Assembly: GCA_016201795.1 (NCBI GenBank)
Contig: JACQCF010000005.1
Span: 20,896 to 84,895 of the forward strand
Source: Candidatus Omnitrophota bacterium
Lineage (GTDB): Bacteria; Omnitrophota; Gorgyraeia; Zapsychrales; Fredricksoniimonadaceae
Direction: 5' to 3'
DNA length: 64,000 bases
How positions within the stretch are numbered: position 1 is the stretch's first letter; each line of letters opens with the position of its first letter. The notes beneath the pieces were generated by a model. That model was not told the origin of the DNA, made no database searches, and was given only the letters and a program-made list of their open reading frames with translations. A program made the position numbers and the translations under genes. Below, one piece after another: positions 28,160 through 38,302 of this stretch.

Positions 28160-29517
28160 TGATAACGACCTCGCAGATGGCCGGTTTTCATAAAGCCTTC
28201 GTAATGGTGCATCTGCAAATGAGACTCGATTTGCTTCATGGTATCAAGCATAACGCCGACGGTAATCAATACACCGGTACCGCCAAAAAATGAGGCCACC
28301 AGATAGGGCACTTTAAAAGATGCCATAATCGCATCCGGCATAACGGCAATCACGCAAATAAATCCGGCCCCGACCAATGTAATACGGGTCAACACATAAT
28401 CCAAGTAATCAGCCGTTTCTTTACCCGGACGAATACCCGGCACAAAACCGCCGTGTTTTTTCAAATTCTCGGAAACATCTACCGGATTAAACACAATCGC
28501 CGTATAAAAATAACAGAAAAAAAGAATTAAAAGAGCATAAATCGAATAATACACCGGATGTCCGCGCGAAGCCCAGCTGGCAAAATGCTGCAAAGGGCCG
28601 TTAGGAATAAAGCTGGCGATGGTGGCCGGAAACAAAATAATCGACTGCGCAAAGATGATCGCGATAATCCCCGATGTATCCACTTTCAACGGAATAAAGG
28701 TACCCTGCCCCCCGTAAGTCTGTGTACCCACGGTACGACGCGCGTATTGCACGGGAATCCGGCGCTGACCTTGCGAAATGAGTGTGACTCCTAAAATAAC
28801 TGTTATGAGAAAAAATACCATTAAAACAAGGGCCATTGGCTGAAGCTGCCCACCACCGCTGCTCGGTGACAAAAGCAATTTCAAATAATGAAACGCTGTC
28901 GGAGCTGAAGCTAAAATACCAGCGGTGATAATCAGCGATACCCCGTTGCCAACACCGCGCTCTTGAATGCGTTCACCCAACCACATCAAAAATAACGTCC
29001 CCGTAGTTAAAGTCACCATGGTCGTGAAACGAAAGCTCCAGCCAGGGTCATTGACGATCTGTAAACCACCAAAAGTTGATGGACTTTCAAGCCAAAGAGC
29101 AATAAAAAATGATTGAACGGCACCCAGAAGAACAGTACCGTAACGGGTGTACTGATTGATCTTTTTATAACCCGCCTGACCTTCTTTCTGCAATTTTTCC
29201 AAGGTCGGAACTACCGCCGTCAACAGCTGCATAATGATGGAGCTGGAGATGTATGGCATAACCCCTAGTGAAAAAATGGTCAATTTCCCCAAAGCCCCGC
29301 CGGAGAACATGTTCATGATGCTAAACACGTTACCGCCGCCGGTGGTGTTATTCATCCTTTGAAAGAACTCGTTGAGAGCCGCCCCGTTGATGCCGGGAGT
29401 CGGAATATAACAGCCGATGCGATAAACCGCGATGATACCAATCGTAAAGAGAATCTTACGGCGCAGTTCTTCAATTCTAAAACAGTTCGCAAATCCTTTG
29501 ACAAACTGTGAAATCAT
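28156..29517 (-). CDS. secY: preprotein translocase SecY
   Basis: LGVMPYISSSIIMQLL, GVGNGVSLII, IPVQY, GIRPG, GGTGVLITVGV. Confidence 0.98.
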   Translation of the reverse strand: MISQFVKGFANCFRIEELRRKILFTIGIIAVYRIGCYIPTPGINGAALNEFFQRMNNTTGGGNVFSIMNMFSGGALGKLTIFSLGVMPYISSSIIMQLLTAVVPTLEKLQKEGQAGYKKINQYTRYGTVLLGAVQSFFIALWLESPSTFGGLQIVNDPGWSFRFTTMVTLTTGTLFLMWLGERIQERGVGNGVSLIITAGILASAPTAFHYLKLLLSPSSGGGQLQPMALVLMVFFLITVILGVTLISQGQRRIPVQYARRTVGTQTYGGQGTFIPLKVDTSGIIAIIFAQSIILFPATIASFIPNGPLQHFASWASRGHPVYYSIYALLILFFCYFYTAIVFNPVDVSENLKKHGGFVPGIRPGKETADYLDYVLTRITLVGAGFICVIAVMPDAIMASFKVPYLVASFFGGTGVLITVGVMLDTMKQIESHLQMHHYEGFMKTGHLRGRYQ

Positions 29518-29963
29518 TCGTTTCCGATCAGCTGTACTTTGCCGCCGGCTTTGGTGATCGATTCCGAGGCTGTTTTCGAAAAACGATGAGCAACCACCGT
29601 CAGTTTCTTACTTACGGAGCCATCACTTAAAATTTTTACCGGACGACGAAGCGTCTTAATCAAGTTCTGATTTTTAAGCAACTCTGGATTGACGGTGGTA
29701 CCGTCCTTAAAACGATTGAGCGCCTCTATATTGACAATTTGATATTCCGTCGGCCATTTACTGTTAAAGCCAACCTTGGGCAGACGGCGCAACAAGCGCA
29801 TTTGTCCGCCTTCATAAGCCATCATTACGCCACGGCCAGCACGAGAATTTTGACCCGTTTGCCCTCTACCAGAGCGTTTGCCATGGCCGGAACCGCGGCC
29901 ACGACCAACAATTTTTTTGCGTTTACGAAAACCCAACGGTGATCTAATCTGATGCCACTGCAT
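29514..29963 (-). CDS. rplO: 50S ribosomal protein L15
   Basis: GRGRGSGHGKRSGRG, YEGGQM.LLRRLPK.GF. Confidence 0.97.
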   Translation of the reverse strand: MQWHQIRSPLGFRKRKKIVGRGRGSGHGKRSGRGQTGQNSRAGRGVMMAYEGGQMRLLRRLPKVGFNSKWPTEYQIVNIEALNRFKDGTTVNPELLKNQNLIKTLRRPVKILSDGSVSKKLTVVAHRFSKTASESITKAGGKVQLIGNE

Positions 29964-29972
29964 AGTAATTCC

Positions 29973-30632
29973 TTAATTTTCCGTAATAACTTTGATAACT
30001 TTTAATCGTGATAAACCTTCGAAAGTAGCTTTGACTACGTTGATCGGATTATTGGAACGATGGCATTTGGTTAAAATGTTAGAAATACCTGCCCCGTCGC
30101 AAACCGCCCGCACGGCACCGGCAGCAATAACACCAGTACCTTCGGAAGCGGGTTTTAAAAGAACGCTGGCAGAACCGTATTTGCCCAGAATTTCATGAGT
30201 AATAGTTGTTCCCCGACGGGGAATAAAAATCATACTTTTACGTGCGGCATTAAGGCCTTTTTTAATAGCAGTGGCTACTTCACCGGCCTTGCCTAAACCA
30301 TAACCAACTTTGCCCTTAGTATCCCCGACCACTACTAATGCTGAAAACGCCAGACGAGTACCGCCTTTGGTTGTTTTAGAGACGCGATTGATGGAAACCA
30401 CTTTTTCCACCAGGCCGCTGTCGGTTAAGGAAGATCTTTTAGGTGGACCTCTTCGCTCCCGATCAGAGCCGCGACGGCGACCTTTGGTCGGTGTTGTCGG
30501 CTGAACTTCTGCAGGAGCGGGAGTTGCTTCTTCCGTAGAATGCTTTAACGCTTCTTCCTGCTCAAGGATTTGTTCGGCTTGAGCAACGTTTTTAACAACT
30601 TGTTCTTCTTCGTTTTTCTTATTATCTTTCAT
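29973..30632 (-). CDS. rpsE: 30S ribosomal protein S5 with N-terminal extension
   Basis: [41 protein letters not shown]. Confidence 0.97.
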   Translation of the reverse strand: MKDNKKNEEEQVVKNVAQAEQILEQEEALKHSTEEATPAPAEVQPTTPTKGRRRGSDRERRGPPKRSSLTDSGLVEKVVSINRVSKTTKGGTRLAFSALVVVGDTKGKVGYGLGKAGEVATAIKKGLNAARKSMIFIPRRGTTITHEILGKYGSASVLLKPASEGTGVIAAGAVRAVCDGAGISNILTKCHRSNNPINVVKATFEGLSRLKVIKVITEN

Positions 30633-30635
30633 ACC

Positions 30636-30998
30636 TTAAAACTCCAGTCCCGCTTTACGTGCAGCTTCGGCAAAAGCTTTAACACGGCCGTGATACAAAT
30701 ATCCGCCGCGGTCAAAACAGACTTGTTTGATGCCTTGTTTGACAGCCTGTACTGCTAGGGCTTTCCCTAAAACCTCAGCTGCATTGAGGTTACCGCCGGA
30801 TTTAATTTTGGAACGGATATCTTTGGCCAAGGTGGATTTACCAAATAAAATTTTGCCGCAGGTATCATCAATGATCTGCGCCTGCAGATTCTTTAAACTT
30901 TTATGCACACACAAGCGCGGGCGCAAAGAAGTTCCGACGACACGTTTGCGCAGACGCTGATGACGAAAAATTCTTCGTTGTTCTTTGATGTTTAACAT
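30636..30998 (-). CDS. rplR: 50S ribosomal protein L18
   Basis: RPRL.V, AQIIDD, FDRGGYLYHGRVKA. Confidence 0.97.
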   Translation of the reverse strand: MLNIKEQRRIFRHQRLRKRVVGTSLRPRLCVHKSLKNLQAQIIDDTCGKILFGKSTLAKDIRSKIKSGGNLNAAEVLGKALAVQAVKQGIKQVCFDRGGYLYHGRVKAFAEAARKAGLEF

Positions 30999-31000
30999 AT

Positions 31001-31540
31001 TTATTTAGTTACCTGTTTACCCTGTTTGCGTCTGACCACTTCAGCGACGTAACGAATGCCTTTGCCCTTATATGGTTCCGGCGGTTTAAACTCGCGGATT
31101 TTAGCCGCCACCAGACCCACCAAAGCTTTATCAACGCCCTCCACTGAAATTTCCGTCGGTTTGGCGGCGGTCACTTTCACTTCTTTGGGGAACTGATATT
31201 CCACGGGGTGAGAAAAACCCAAATTGATCACCAATTTTTGTCCCTGCACCGCGGCACGAAAACCCACCCCTTGAATTTCCAAATCTCTTCTATGTCCGGT
31301 GGTAACCCCCGTACACATATTCATAATCAAACGTTTGGCTGTTCCATGATTGGATTTACATTGTTTGGTATCATCCAAACGATTGACAAAAATCTGATCG
31401 TCTTTTTGTTCAAGCTTGATACCCATCGGCAAATTCATAGACAGCTTACCCTTAGGGCCTTCCACGTTAACCCCGGCGGCATCAAAGGCAATCTTCACAT
31501 TTTTAGGAACAATCACTGGAGTTTTAGCAATTCTGGACAT
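31001..31540 (-). CDS. rplF: 50S ribosomal protein L6
   Basis: MSRIAK, GVGFRA, LGFSHPV, PEPYKGKGIRY. Confidence 0.98.
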   Translation of the reverse strand: MSRIAKTPVIVPKNVKIAFDAAGVNVEGPKGKLSMNLPMGIKLEQKDDQIFVNRLDDTKQCKSNHGTAKRLIMNMCTGVTTGHRRDLEIQGVGFRAAVQGQKLVINLGFSHPVEYQFPKEVKVTAAKPTEISVEGVDKALVGLVAAKIREFKPPEPYKGKGIRYVAEVVRRKQGKQVTK

Positions 31541-31573
31541 TCAGCCATCCTTATTTAATTGACTGCGAAACCA

Positions 31574-31969
31574 TTACCAAATCGAACAGATAACTTCCCC
31601 GCCGATTTTCAATTTTCTGGCCTCGCGGTCGCTGATCACCCCTTTAGAGGTTGACAATACCGCGGTGCCAAGGCCGTTAAGGATACGGGGAATACGAAAA
31701 TTATCCGCATAAACTCTTAAACCCGGGCGAGAAATGCGTTTTAGCCCCATGATCGCAGGTTTATTATTTTCATACTTCAAATAAACTTTGAGCACACCCT
31801 GTTTATCATCTTTTAAAAGACGATAATCTTCAACATAGCCGTCATTTTTGAAAATACTAAGCACACGCTCGAGTAATTTGGAAGCTGGAAACTCCACGGT
31901 TTCCTTGTGCGCATGCAAGGCGTTGCGAACAACTGTTAATGTATCAGCAATAGGATCAGATACGGACAT
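31574..31969 (-). CDS. rpsH: 30S ribosomal protein S8
   Basis: DPIAD, ISRPGLRVY, LSTSKGV, GGEVICSIW. Confidence 0.97.
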   Translation of the reverse strand: MSVSDPIADTLTVVRNALHAHKETVEFPASKLLERVLSIFKNDGYVEDYRLLKDDKQGVLKVYLKYENNKPAIMGLKRISRPGLRVYADNFRIPRILNGLGTAVLSTSKGVISDREARKLKIGGEVICSIW

Positions 31970-32155
31970 CTACCAGCTCGCTTTCTTAACCCCTGGAATT
32001 TCACCCTTCCAGGCAAGTTCTCTAAAACAGATACGGCAAACTCCGAAACGGCGCAAATAACCGCGGGGGCGTCCACACAGCCCACAGCGATTATGCTGAC
32101 GGACCGAAAATTTTGGTTCTTCTAACGCTTTATTGACTAATGCTTTTTTGGCCAT
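31970..32155 (-). CDS. rpsN: 30S ribosomal protein S14 (type Z)
   Basis: [10 protein letters not shown]...[20 protein letters not shown]. Confidence 0.97.
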   Translation of the reverse strand: MAKKALVNKALEEPKFSVRQHNRCGLCGRPRGYLRRFGVCRICFRELAWKGEIPGVKKASW

Positions 32156-32167
32156 AAATTTTCCTTA

Positions 32168-32716
32168 TTAATTCTTCGCAAACGGCATACCTAACAGCCG
32201 CAACAGCTCAAAATTCAGATCTTTATTACCGCCTTTAAAAACAAAAGTGATATCCATCCCCTGCATGCGATGATCGCGTGCGCCCGCGTCAATTTCCGGA
32301 AAAATCGACTGATCCGAAATACCTAACGTATAATTGCCCTGACGATCAAAACCTTTACGAGAGCTGCCATTAAAGTCGCGGATACGCGGCAAGGATACAT
32401 TCACCAGGCGGTCGACGAATTCATACATGCGCGCACGGCGAAGCGTCACTTTACAACCCACCGGCAAATTCTCGCGTAGTTTAAAATTCGAAATGGCTTT
32501 TTTGGCCCGGCGAATCAGCGGCTTCTGACCGGTGATGATGGCCAAGTCCTGCGCGGCGCGGTCTAAAATCTTCACGTCGCTGATGGCCTCACCCACCCCC
32601 ATATTGACGACCACTTTGTCCAAATACGGTACCGCCATCGGATTTTTAATATCGAATTGCTGCTGCATTTGGGCGATGACTTCCTTGCGATACTTATCTA
32701 ATAAACGAACGGCCAC
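32168..32716 (-). CDS. rplE: 50S ribosomal protein L5
   Basis: KVVVNMGVG, ITGQKP, GCKVTLR, LPRIRDF, GMDIT. Confidence 0.98.
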   Translation of the reverse strand: MAVRLLDKYRKEVIAQMQQQFDIKNPMAVPYLDKVVVNMGVGEAISDVKILDRAAQDLAIITGQKPLIRRAKKAISNFKLRENLPVGCKVTLRRARMYEFVDRLVNVSLPRIRDFNGSSRKGFDRQGNYTLGISDQSIFPEIDAGARDHRMQGMDITFVFKGGNKDLNFELLRLLGMPFAKN

Positions 32717-32730
32717 TGTCTTAACCTCTC

Positions 32731-33042
32731 TTAGATCGTTTCACCATTTTTTTTAGAGATACGTACTTTCGCGCCATCTTTTAAAACCTTGATCTGAAAG
32801 CGGGTGGGCTTATTGTCTTTCTTATCCAAAAGCATTAAATTCGCCAAGGCCATGGGTTTTTCTTTCTCTACAAAGCCACCCTGCGGAAACGTATCGCTTT
32901 TTTTCACGGCACGTTTGACCACATTCAAATTTTCTACGATGGCGGCATTTTCCTGCGGAAATATACGAACCACTTTACCAGTTTTCCCTTTTTCTTTACC
33001 GACCATCACCATGACCTGATCATCTCTTTTAATACGAAGCAT
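32731..33042 (-). CDS. rplX: 50S ribosomal protein L24
   Basis: KOW motif VMVMVGKEKGKTGKV; spc-operon position. Confidence 0.95.
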   Translation of the reverse strand: MLRIKRDDQVMVMVGKEKGKTGKVVRIFPQENAAIVENLNVVKRAVKKSDTFPQGGFVEKEKPMALANLMLLDKKDNKPTRFQIKVLKDGAKVRISKKNGETI

Positions 33043-33059
33043 ATTAATTCCTTTATATT

Positions 33060-33118
33060 ACCCTTCGACAAGCTCAGGGTGGTCCGCTCAATTAATGGCG
33101 AGCCTGTCGAACCATTAA
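33060..33118. repeat. inverted doublet of tandem-GA hairpin repeats
   Basis: ACCCT-GA-GCTTGTC-GA-AGGGT (minus, 33060-33080) and TTAATGGC-GA-GCCTGTC-GA-ACCATTAA (plus, 33092-33118, includes rplN stop). Confidence 0.8.
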
Positions 33119-33483
33119 ACAACCTCGGGAGCTAAAGAAATAATTTTCATATATTCCATATTACGAAGCTCACGTGCCACGGGACCGAAAACGCGAGTCC
33201 CTCTAGGATTTCCCGCATCATCGATAATAACCACCGCGTTGGTATCAAAACGCACATAAGTTCCATCCGGACGACGAATGGCTTCTTTGGTACGCACGAT
33301 AATTCCTTTGGCCATGGAACCTTTTTTAACGGCCGCATCCGGTGTGCTTTCCTTGATGTTAACTTGGACGATATCACCCACCTGCGCCCAGAGCTTACCC
33401 TTACTTTTTAAAACACCGATCACGGAAGCTTTTCGAGCCCCGGTATTATCAGCCACGTCTAAAATGGTTTTCATTTGAATCAT
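33115..33483 (-). CDS. rplN: 50S ribosomal protein L14
   Basis: MIQ...VADNTGA, RFDTNAVV, GTRVFGPVARELR, SLAPEVV; start reassigned to 33483. Confidence 0.98.
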   Translation of the reverse strand: MIQMKTILDVADNTGARKASVIGVLKSKGKLWAQVGDIVQVNIKESTPDAAVKKGSMAKGIIVRTKEAIRRPDGTYVRFDTNAVVIIDDAGNPRGTRVFGPVARELRNMEYMKIISLAPEVV

Positions 33484-33499
33484 GATGCCGATCCTTACC

Positions 33500-33760
33500 T
33501 TAAGCCTGGGAACCAATCACTTCCTGAATGATCCAACGTTTATCTTTGGATAAAGGACGGGTTTCCATGATGCGTACCACATCCCCGGTCTTGGCCGCGT
33601 TTTTCTCATCATGTGCTTTGTATCTGACGAAACGGCGTACCGGTTTTTCGTACTTAGCGTGTTTGGTCACTTTCTGAATTTGAACAACACGCGTCTTATC
33701 CATTTTGTCGCTGACAACGGTGGCTGTCAAAAAACGACGGCGATTAATTCTTTTGTCCAT
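33500..33760 (-). CDS. rpsQ: 30S ribosomal protein S17
   Basis: [24 protein letters not shown]. Confidence 0.97.
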   Translation of the reverse strand: MDKRINRRRFLTATVVSDKMDKTRVVQIQKVTKHAKYEKPVRRFVRYKAHDEKNAAKTGDVVRIMETRPLSKDKRWIIQEVIGSQA

Positions 33761-33950
33761 TGTTCTTTCTTTGGCTTAAGACCGTTAAAATACGTGCAAT
33801 ATCTTTTTTAATATGACGAAAATTGGCCGGTTTCTCCACCCGGCCCAGCTGACGCTGGCCATTGAGATCAAAGAGGTCTTTTTTCAGCTGTTTTTCTTTG
33901 TTAGCCAATTCGTCGTCGGTAAATTCTCTTAAATCTTTGACTTTCATCAT
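33744..33950 (-). CDS. rpmC: 50S ribosomal protein L29
   Basis: DLRE...LFDL...KKDIARILT; position after rplP. Confidence 0.95.
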   Translation of the reverse strand: MMKVKDLREFTDDELANKEKQLKKDLFDLNGQRQLGRVEKPANFRHIKKDIARILTVLSQRKNNGQKN

Positions 33951-34366
33951 CAATGCTCCCCGCGGGTGACAAATCTTGTCTTCACCGATAGCTTAAACGC
34001 CACCAAACGTAAAATTTGTTTAGCGAAATCTTCCGGGACGCCCCCCAATTCAAAGACGACCTTGCCGCGCTTGACCACCGCCACCCAATGATCCAAATCG
34101 CCTTTGCCTTTGCCCATACGGGTTTCCGCCGGCTTTTTGGTAATGGATTTATGCGGAAACGCGTTGATCCAAAGTTTGCCGGAACCGTGCAATTTGCGGG
34201 CCACCACCACACGGGAAGCTTCCAATTGGCGCGCCGGGATAAAACCATTCTCCAAAGCTTTCAAACCGTATTCCCCAAAATGCATTTGACTACCGACAGT
34301 GGCAATGCCACGCGACTTTCCTTTTTGGGTTTTACGATACTTGACTCTTTTAGGCATTAACAACAT
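33950..34366 (-). CDS. rplP: 50S ribosomal protein L16
   Basis: MPKRVKYRK, QLEASR, KKPAETRMGKGKG. Confidence 0.98.
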   Translation of the reverse strand: MLLMPKRVKYRKTQKGKSRGIATVGSQMHFGEYGLKALENGFIPARQLEASRVVVARKLHGSGKLWINAFPHKSITKKPAETRMGKGKGDLDHWVAVVKRGKVVFELGGVPEDFAKQILRLVAFKLSVKTRFVTRGEH

Positions 34367-34387
34367 ACAATCAAATCTCCTCTATCA

Positions 34388-35113
34388 TTAAGCTTGGACT
34401 TCTTTAGCCTGAGCCTCCGGTGGGGGGGCTGGTGTTTGAGGTTGCGCCTGGGCTTGTACGGCTAAAGCTTCAATCTCTTGCTGATCTTTGATCACATCCC
34501 CTTTATAAACCCATACCTTAACGCCCAAAAGACCATAGGTCGTCAGTGCTTCGGCAAAACCATAATCAATGTCTGCGCGCATGGTCTGCAAAGGAATTTT
34601 ACCTTCATAATATTTCTCGGTACGCGCCATTTCCGCCCCGCCTAAACGACCGGAGCAACGGATTTTGATACCTTTAGCACCGGCGGCACGGGCTTGTTCC
34701 ATGGCGCGCTTCATCGCCCGGCGAAACGCCACGCGTTTTTCTAATTGAAACGCAATATTTTGGGCGATCAATTGGGCTTCAATGGACGGATTCTTAATTT
34801 CCTGAATATCCACCTGAATTTCTTTCTTGGCAATCTCTCCTAAATCCGCGCGCAGGCGATCAATGTCAGCTCCACGCCGGCCAATGATCACTCCCGGGCG
34901 AGCGGAATGAATACGAATTTTGATCTGCTCGGCCAAACGTTCAATGACAATTAACGAAACAGCGGCTTGCTTAAATTGCTTATTAATATATTTATGAATC
35001 TTAAAGTCCTCTTGAATGTTCTTGGCGAATTCACGACGCTCAGCGAACCAAAGGCTGCGCCAATTTTTCGTATAACCAAGTCTTAATACTAACGGATGAA
35101 CTTTTTGTCCCAC
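34388..35113 (-). CDS. rpsC: 30S ribosomal protein S3
   Basis: MGQKVHP, RPGVIIGRRG, FRRAMK, SGRLGGAEMAR, GVKVWVY. Confidence 0.98.
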   Translation of the reverse strand: MGQKVHPLVLRLGYTKNWRSLWFAERREFAKNIQEDFKIHKYINKQFKQAAVSLIVIERLAEQIKIRIHSARPGVIIGRRGADIDRLRADLGEIAKKEIQVDIQEIKNPSIEAQLIAQNIAFQLEKRVAFRRAMKRAMEQARAAGAKGIKIRCSGRLGGAEMARTEKYYEGKIPLQTMRADIDYGFAEALTTYGLLGVKVWVYKGDVIKDQQEIEALAVQAQAQPQTPAPPPEAQAKEVQA

Positions 35114-35131
35114 TCTGTAATCTCCCTTAGA

Positions 35132-35467
35132 TTATTTGGTTTTAAGATCCAATTCCACGGTTAAATGCGTTGTCCGACGCAAAATCGGTGTGGCCCGTCC
35201 GAAAGAAGCTGCCCGATAACGTTTCCAGGAACCACCATGATTAGCACTGATGCGTGAGATCAACAATTGCTCTTCTGTCACTCCCTTTTGTTTGGCATTA
35301 CTGACGGCGGAATCCAAAACTTTTTTGACAAAAGTACTGGAACCTTTATGGATCTGCGCCAAAAGAGCCTGCGATGTCGGCACATCTTTGCCGCGGATGG
35401 CATCAATGACCTGGCGAACCTTCATAGATGATACTCTTAAAAATTTTCCTTGGGCTGATGCGATCAT
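35132..35467 (-). CDS. rplV: 50S ribosomal protein L22
   Basis: KVRQVIDAIRG, SAVSNA, GRATPILRRTTHLTV. Confidence 0.95.
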   Translation of the reverse strand: MIASAQGKFLRVSSMKVRQVIDAIRGKDVPTSQALLAQIHKGSSTFVKKVLDSAVSNAKQKGVTEEQLLISRISANHGGSWKRYRAASFGRATPILRRTTHLTVELDLKTK

Positions 35468-35477
35468 TTCTTATTCC

Positions 35478-35765
35478 TTATTTCTTCTGCATGGCTTTCT
35501 TGGCCTTGACGCCACCATGCGCTTTAAAGGTACGGGTCACCACAAAATCTCCCAATTTCATACCGACCATGTTTTCCGTCACAAAAATAGGAATATGTTT
35601 ACGTCCGTCATGCACGGCAAAAGTATATCCCACAAAATCAGGGACAATCGTCGAACGGCGGGACCAGGTTTTAATCGGCTGACGCTGGCCGCTGGCAATC
35701 GTCTTGTCAAAACGACGTCTTAAAGATTCTTCCACGTAAGCGCCTTTTTTAATCGAACGAGACAT
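35478..35765 (-). CDS. rpsS: 30S ribosomal protein S19
   Basis: [32 protein letters not shown]. Confidence 0.97.
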   Translation of the reverse strand: MSRSIKKGAYVEESLRRRFDKTIASGQRQPIKTWSRRSTIVPDFVGYTFAVHDGRKHIPIFVTENMVGMKLGDFVVTRTFKAHGGVKAKKAMQKK

Positions 35766-35768
35766 AGA

Positions 35769-36608
35769 TTATTTGGCCCTTCTTCTGACGATCAAATGAT
35801 CGGAATATTTATGCGGACGGCGAGTCTTATAACCCTTCGTTGGTTTACCCCAAGGCGTCACCGGATGCGGATTACCCTGAGGGGCTTTGCCTTCCCCGCC
35901 ACCGTGCGGATGATCCACAGGGTTCATCACCACCCCGCGGGATTGTCCGCGGCGTCCCAACCAGCGGCTGCGTCCGGCTTTGCCGATGGAAATGGTTTCA
36001 TTTTCTACATTGCTTAATTGACCAATCGTGGCCCGGCATTGCACCGAAATTTTGCGCACTTCACTGGAGGGAAGACGCACATGAGCAAACATACCTTCAC
36101 GCGCGATCAATTGCGCGGTGGCCCCCGCCGAGCGGACAATTTGACCGCCTTTACCAGCTTCAATTTCAATATTATGAATCCCCATACCTAAAGGAATTTT
36201 AGACAATGGCAGGCAATTGCCTGCTTTAATTTCCACCTCCGCACTGTTGGTGCTGATAACGGTATCGCCTGCTTTTAAATCTAACGGCGCCAAAATATAA
36301 GACTTGCTTTTATCGCTTTGGTATTGAATCAGTGCAATACGGGCAGTACGGTTAGGATCGTATTCAATGGCTAAAACCGTCGCTGGATCATCAATACGGC
36401 TGCGTTTGAAATCAATCAAACGATACCTGCGCTTATGGCCACCGCCGCGATGACGCGAGGTGATACGGCCATAGGAATTACGGCCACCCGAACTTTTCAA
36501 AGGACGCATCAAGGACTTCTCAGGTTTACCTTTGGTGATTTCCACAAAATCCGAAATCGCCGCGTGGCGAAGGCCGTTAGTAGTAGGCTTAAAACGACGA
36601 ATACCCAT
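35769..36608 (-). CDS. rplB: 50S ribosomal protein L2
   Basis: [37 protein letters not shown]; start reassigned to 36608. Confidence 0.98.
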   Translation of the reverse strand: MGIRRFKPTTNGLRHAAISDFVEITKGKPEKSLMRPLKSSGGRNSYGRITSRHRGGGHKRRYRLIDFKRSRIDDPATVLAIEYDPNRTARIALIQYQSDKSKSYILAPLDLKAGDTVISTNSAEVEIKAGNCLPLSKIPLGMGIHNIEIEAGKGGQIVRSAGATAQLIAREGMFAHVRLPSSEVRKISVQCRATIGQLSNVENETISIGKAGRSRWLGRRGQSRGVVMNPVDHPHGGGEGKAPQGNPHPVTPWGKPTKGYKTRRPHKYSDHLIVRRRAK

Positions 36609-36610
36609 GA

Positions 36611-36889
36611 TTAGGCTACCCCAATTTTCTGTCCCTCGCACAGAGAGACAATCGCTTTTTTCCAGGAAGAACTGTAACCGGCTTTGAAACGCACCCGCTT
36701 TAATTTCCCGGGAACATGCATGGTATTAACATCCTGGACTTTGACTTTATAAATTTCCTGCACCGCGCGCTTAATATCAATCTTGGTAGCCGCGGGGGCC
36801 ACCCGAAAAGAATATTGGCGCTGCTTTTGCTGGGACGCGCCTTTTTCAGTACTCACTAAACTTTTGATGATATCATAAGAGGTAATCAT
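36611..36889 (-). CDS. rplW: 50S ribosomal protein L23
   Basis: [27 protein letters not shown]. Confidence 0.96.
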   Translation of the reverse strand: MITSYDIIKSLVSTEKGASQQKQRQYSFRVAPAATKIDIKRAVQEIYKVKVQDVNTMHVPGKLKRVRFKAGYSSSWKKAIVSLCEGQKIGVA

Positions 36890-37512
36890 TATTGAATTCT
36901 CTTGAGTAATGTTTCTAAGGCTGTTTGGGTGACTAATAAATTTTTATTGCTCAAAATATCACGCGCGTTGACGTCGCTGGCGCGGTTTAACGTCAAACGG
37001 ACAATATTACGCGAAGCCAAAAATGTCTTTGCATCGCTGCCGTCGAGCAACGCCAGCACGCGGCCGTTAATTTTTAAATTCTCTAAAATCTTGGCAAAAT
37101 CCTTGGTTTTACCGGAGACCACTTCCACTTTATCCACACAGACAAGTTCATTGTCTAAAAATTTCGCGTTTAAAGATTCCCTTAAAGCGGCCACACGCAC
37201 TTTTTTAGGAACTTGCATGGAGAAGTCACGCGGCTTGGGCCCAAAGGTAATACCGCCTTTTTTCCAGAGCGGAGAACGCGTCGACCCCGCTCGGGCGCGG
37301 CCTGTTCCCTTTTGACGCCAGGGTTTTTTACCGCCGCCGGAAACTAAAGAACGATCTTTGGTGGCAGCAGTCCCCTGACGGCTATTGGCATGATACATCA
37401 CGACTGCCTGGTGCATCACCGCCGCATGGACATGCACCCCAAATTGCTCCTTGGGAAGCTCAATGCTTTTGGCTTTCTTACCTTGACTATTAAGGACAGT
37501 TAATTCTGACAT
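36889..37512 (-). CDS. rplD: 50S ribosomal protein L4
   Basis: RQGT, VSGGGKKPWRQKGTGRARAGSTRSP, FGPKPR. Confidence 0.98.
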   Translation of the reverse strand: MSELTVLNSQGKKAKSIELPKEQFGVHVHAAVMHQAVVMYHANSRQGTAATKDRSLVSGGGKKPWRQKGTGRARAGSTRSPLWKKGGITFGPKPRDFSMQVPKKVRVAALRESLNAKFLDNELVCVDKVEVVSGKTKDFAKILENLKINGRVLALLDGSDAKTFLASRNIVRLTLNRASDVNARDILSNKNLLVTQTALETLLKRIQ

Positions 37513-37530
37513 ACTAAAAATCCTTTACAC

Positions 37531-38238
37531 TTATTTTTTCCCTACGGCCTTCGCCTTGCTCTGTTTCATGGGGTTACGTTTAATCGCCACCACTTCTTTC
37601 TTCTCATCGAGCGAACAATAAGCCTTTTTTCTAGATTTATTGATGACTAAAAATCCGTTCTTAGCCCCGGGTACACAGCCTTTGACTAAAATCAAATTCT
37701 GACCCGCCTCCACCCGCATAACGCGTAAACCTTGCACCGTTACGGTATCCATACCCATATGGCCGGGCATGTGCGCCCCTTTATAAACACGGGAAGGATC
37801 AGAGCTCGCACCGATGGAACCAACGCGCCTATGATGCATGGAGCCGTGCGCCGCCGGACCGCCACTCCAATTCCAGCGCACCATACCACCCTGGAAGCCT
37901 TTACCGATGGAGGCACCGGTGACATCCACGAAATCACCGGGCTTTAAAAAATCGGCCTTAATTTCCTGGCCGATTTTATAGTCTTTATTGTCGCTGCTGG
38001 TGAATTCACGAATACGTTTCAAGGGTGCCACAGCGATTTTCTTAAAAAATCCAGCCACCGGTTTATTCAAACGATTTTCTTTCACCGATTGATAACCCAG
38101 AACCACCTTGGTCGGATTTTCTTTTAATCCCAACACGGTGCAAGGGCCCGCTTCGAGGACCGTGACAGGAATAATATTTCCTTCATTATCAAAAATTTGG
38201 GTCATGCCCACTTTTTTGCCCATTAAACCTCTAATCAC
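37531..38238 (-). CDS. rplC: 50S ribosomal protein L3
   Basis: GKKVGMTQIF, GKGFQG, HGSMHHR, MPGHMG; GTG start 38238 with SD AAGGAG. Confidence 0.98.
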   Translation of the reverse strand: MIRGLMGKKVGMTQIFDNEGNIIPVTVLEAGPCTVLGLKENPTKVVLGYQSVKENRLNKPVAGFFKKIAVAPLKRIREFTSSDNKDYKIGQEIKADFLKPGDFVDVTGASIGKGFQGGMVRWNWSGGPAAHGSMHHRRVGSIGASSDPSRVYKGAHMPGHMGMDTVTVQGLRVMRVEAGQNLILVKGCVPGAKNGFLVINKSRKKAYCSLDEKKEVVAIKRNPMKQSKAKAVGKK

Positions 38239-38248
38239 GATGAGCTCC

Positions 38249-38301
38249 TTAATCCTTCGGTTACACTCAGGATTAACCCTGAGCGAAAGTCGAAGGGTTA
38301 A
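38249..38301. repeat. inverted doublet of tandem-GA hairpin repeats, TTAA-bounded
   Basis: TTAATCCT-GA-GTGTAACC-GA-AGGATTAA (minus, 38249-38276) and TTAACCCT-GA-GCGAAAGTC-GA-AGGGTTAA (plus, 38273-38301) share a central TTAA. Confidence 0.85.
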
Positions 38302-38302
38302 A

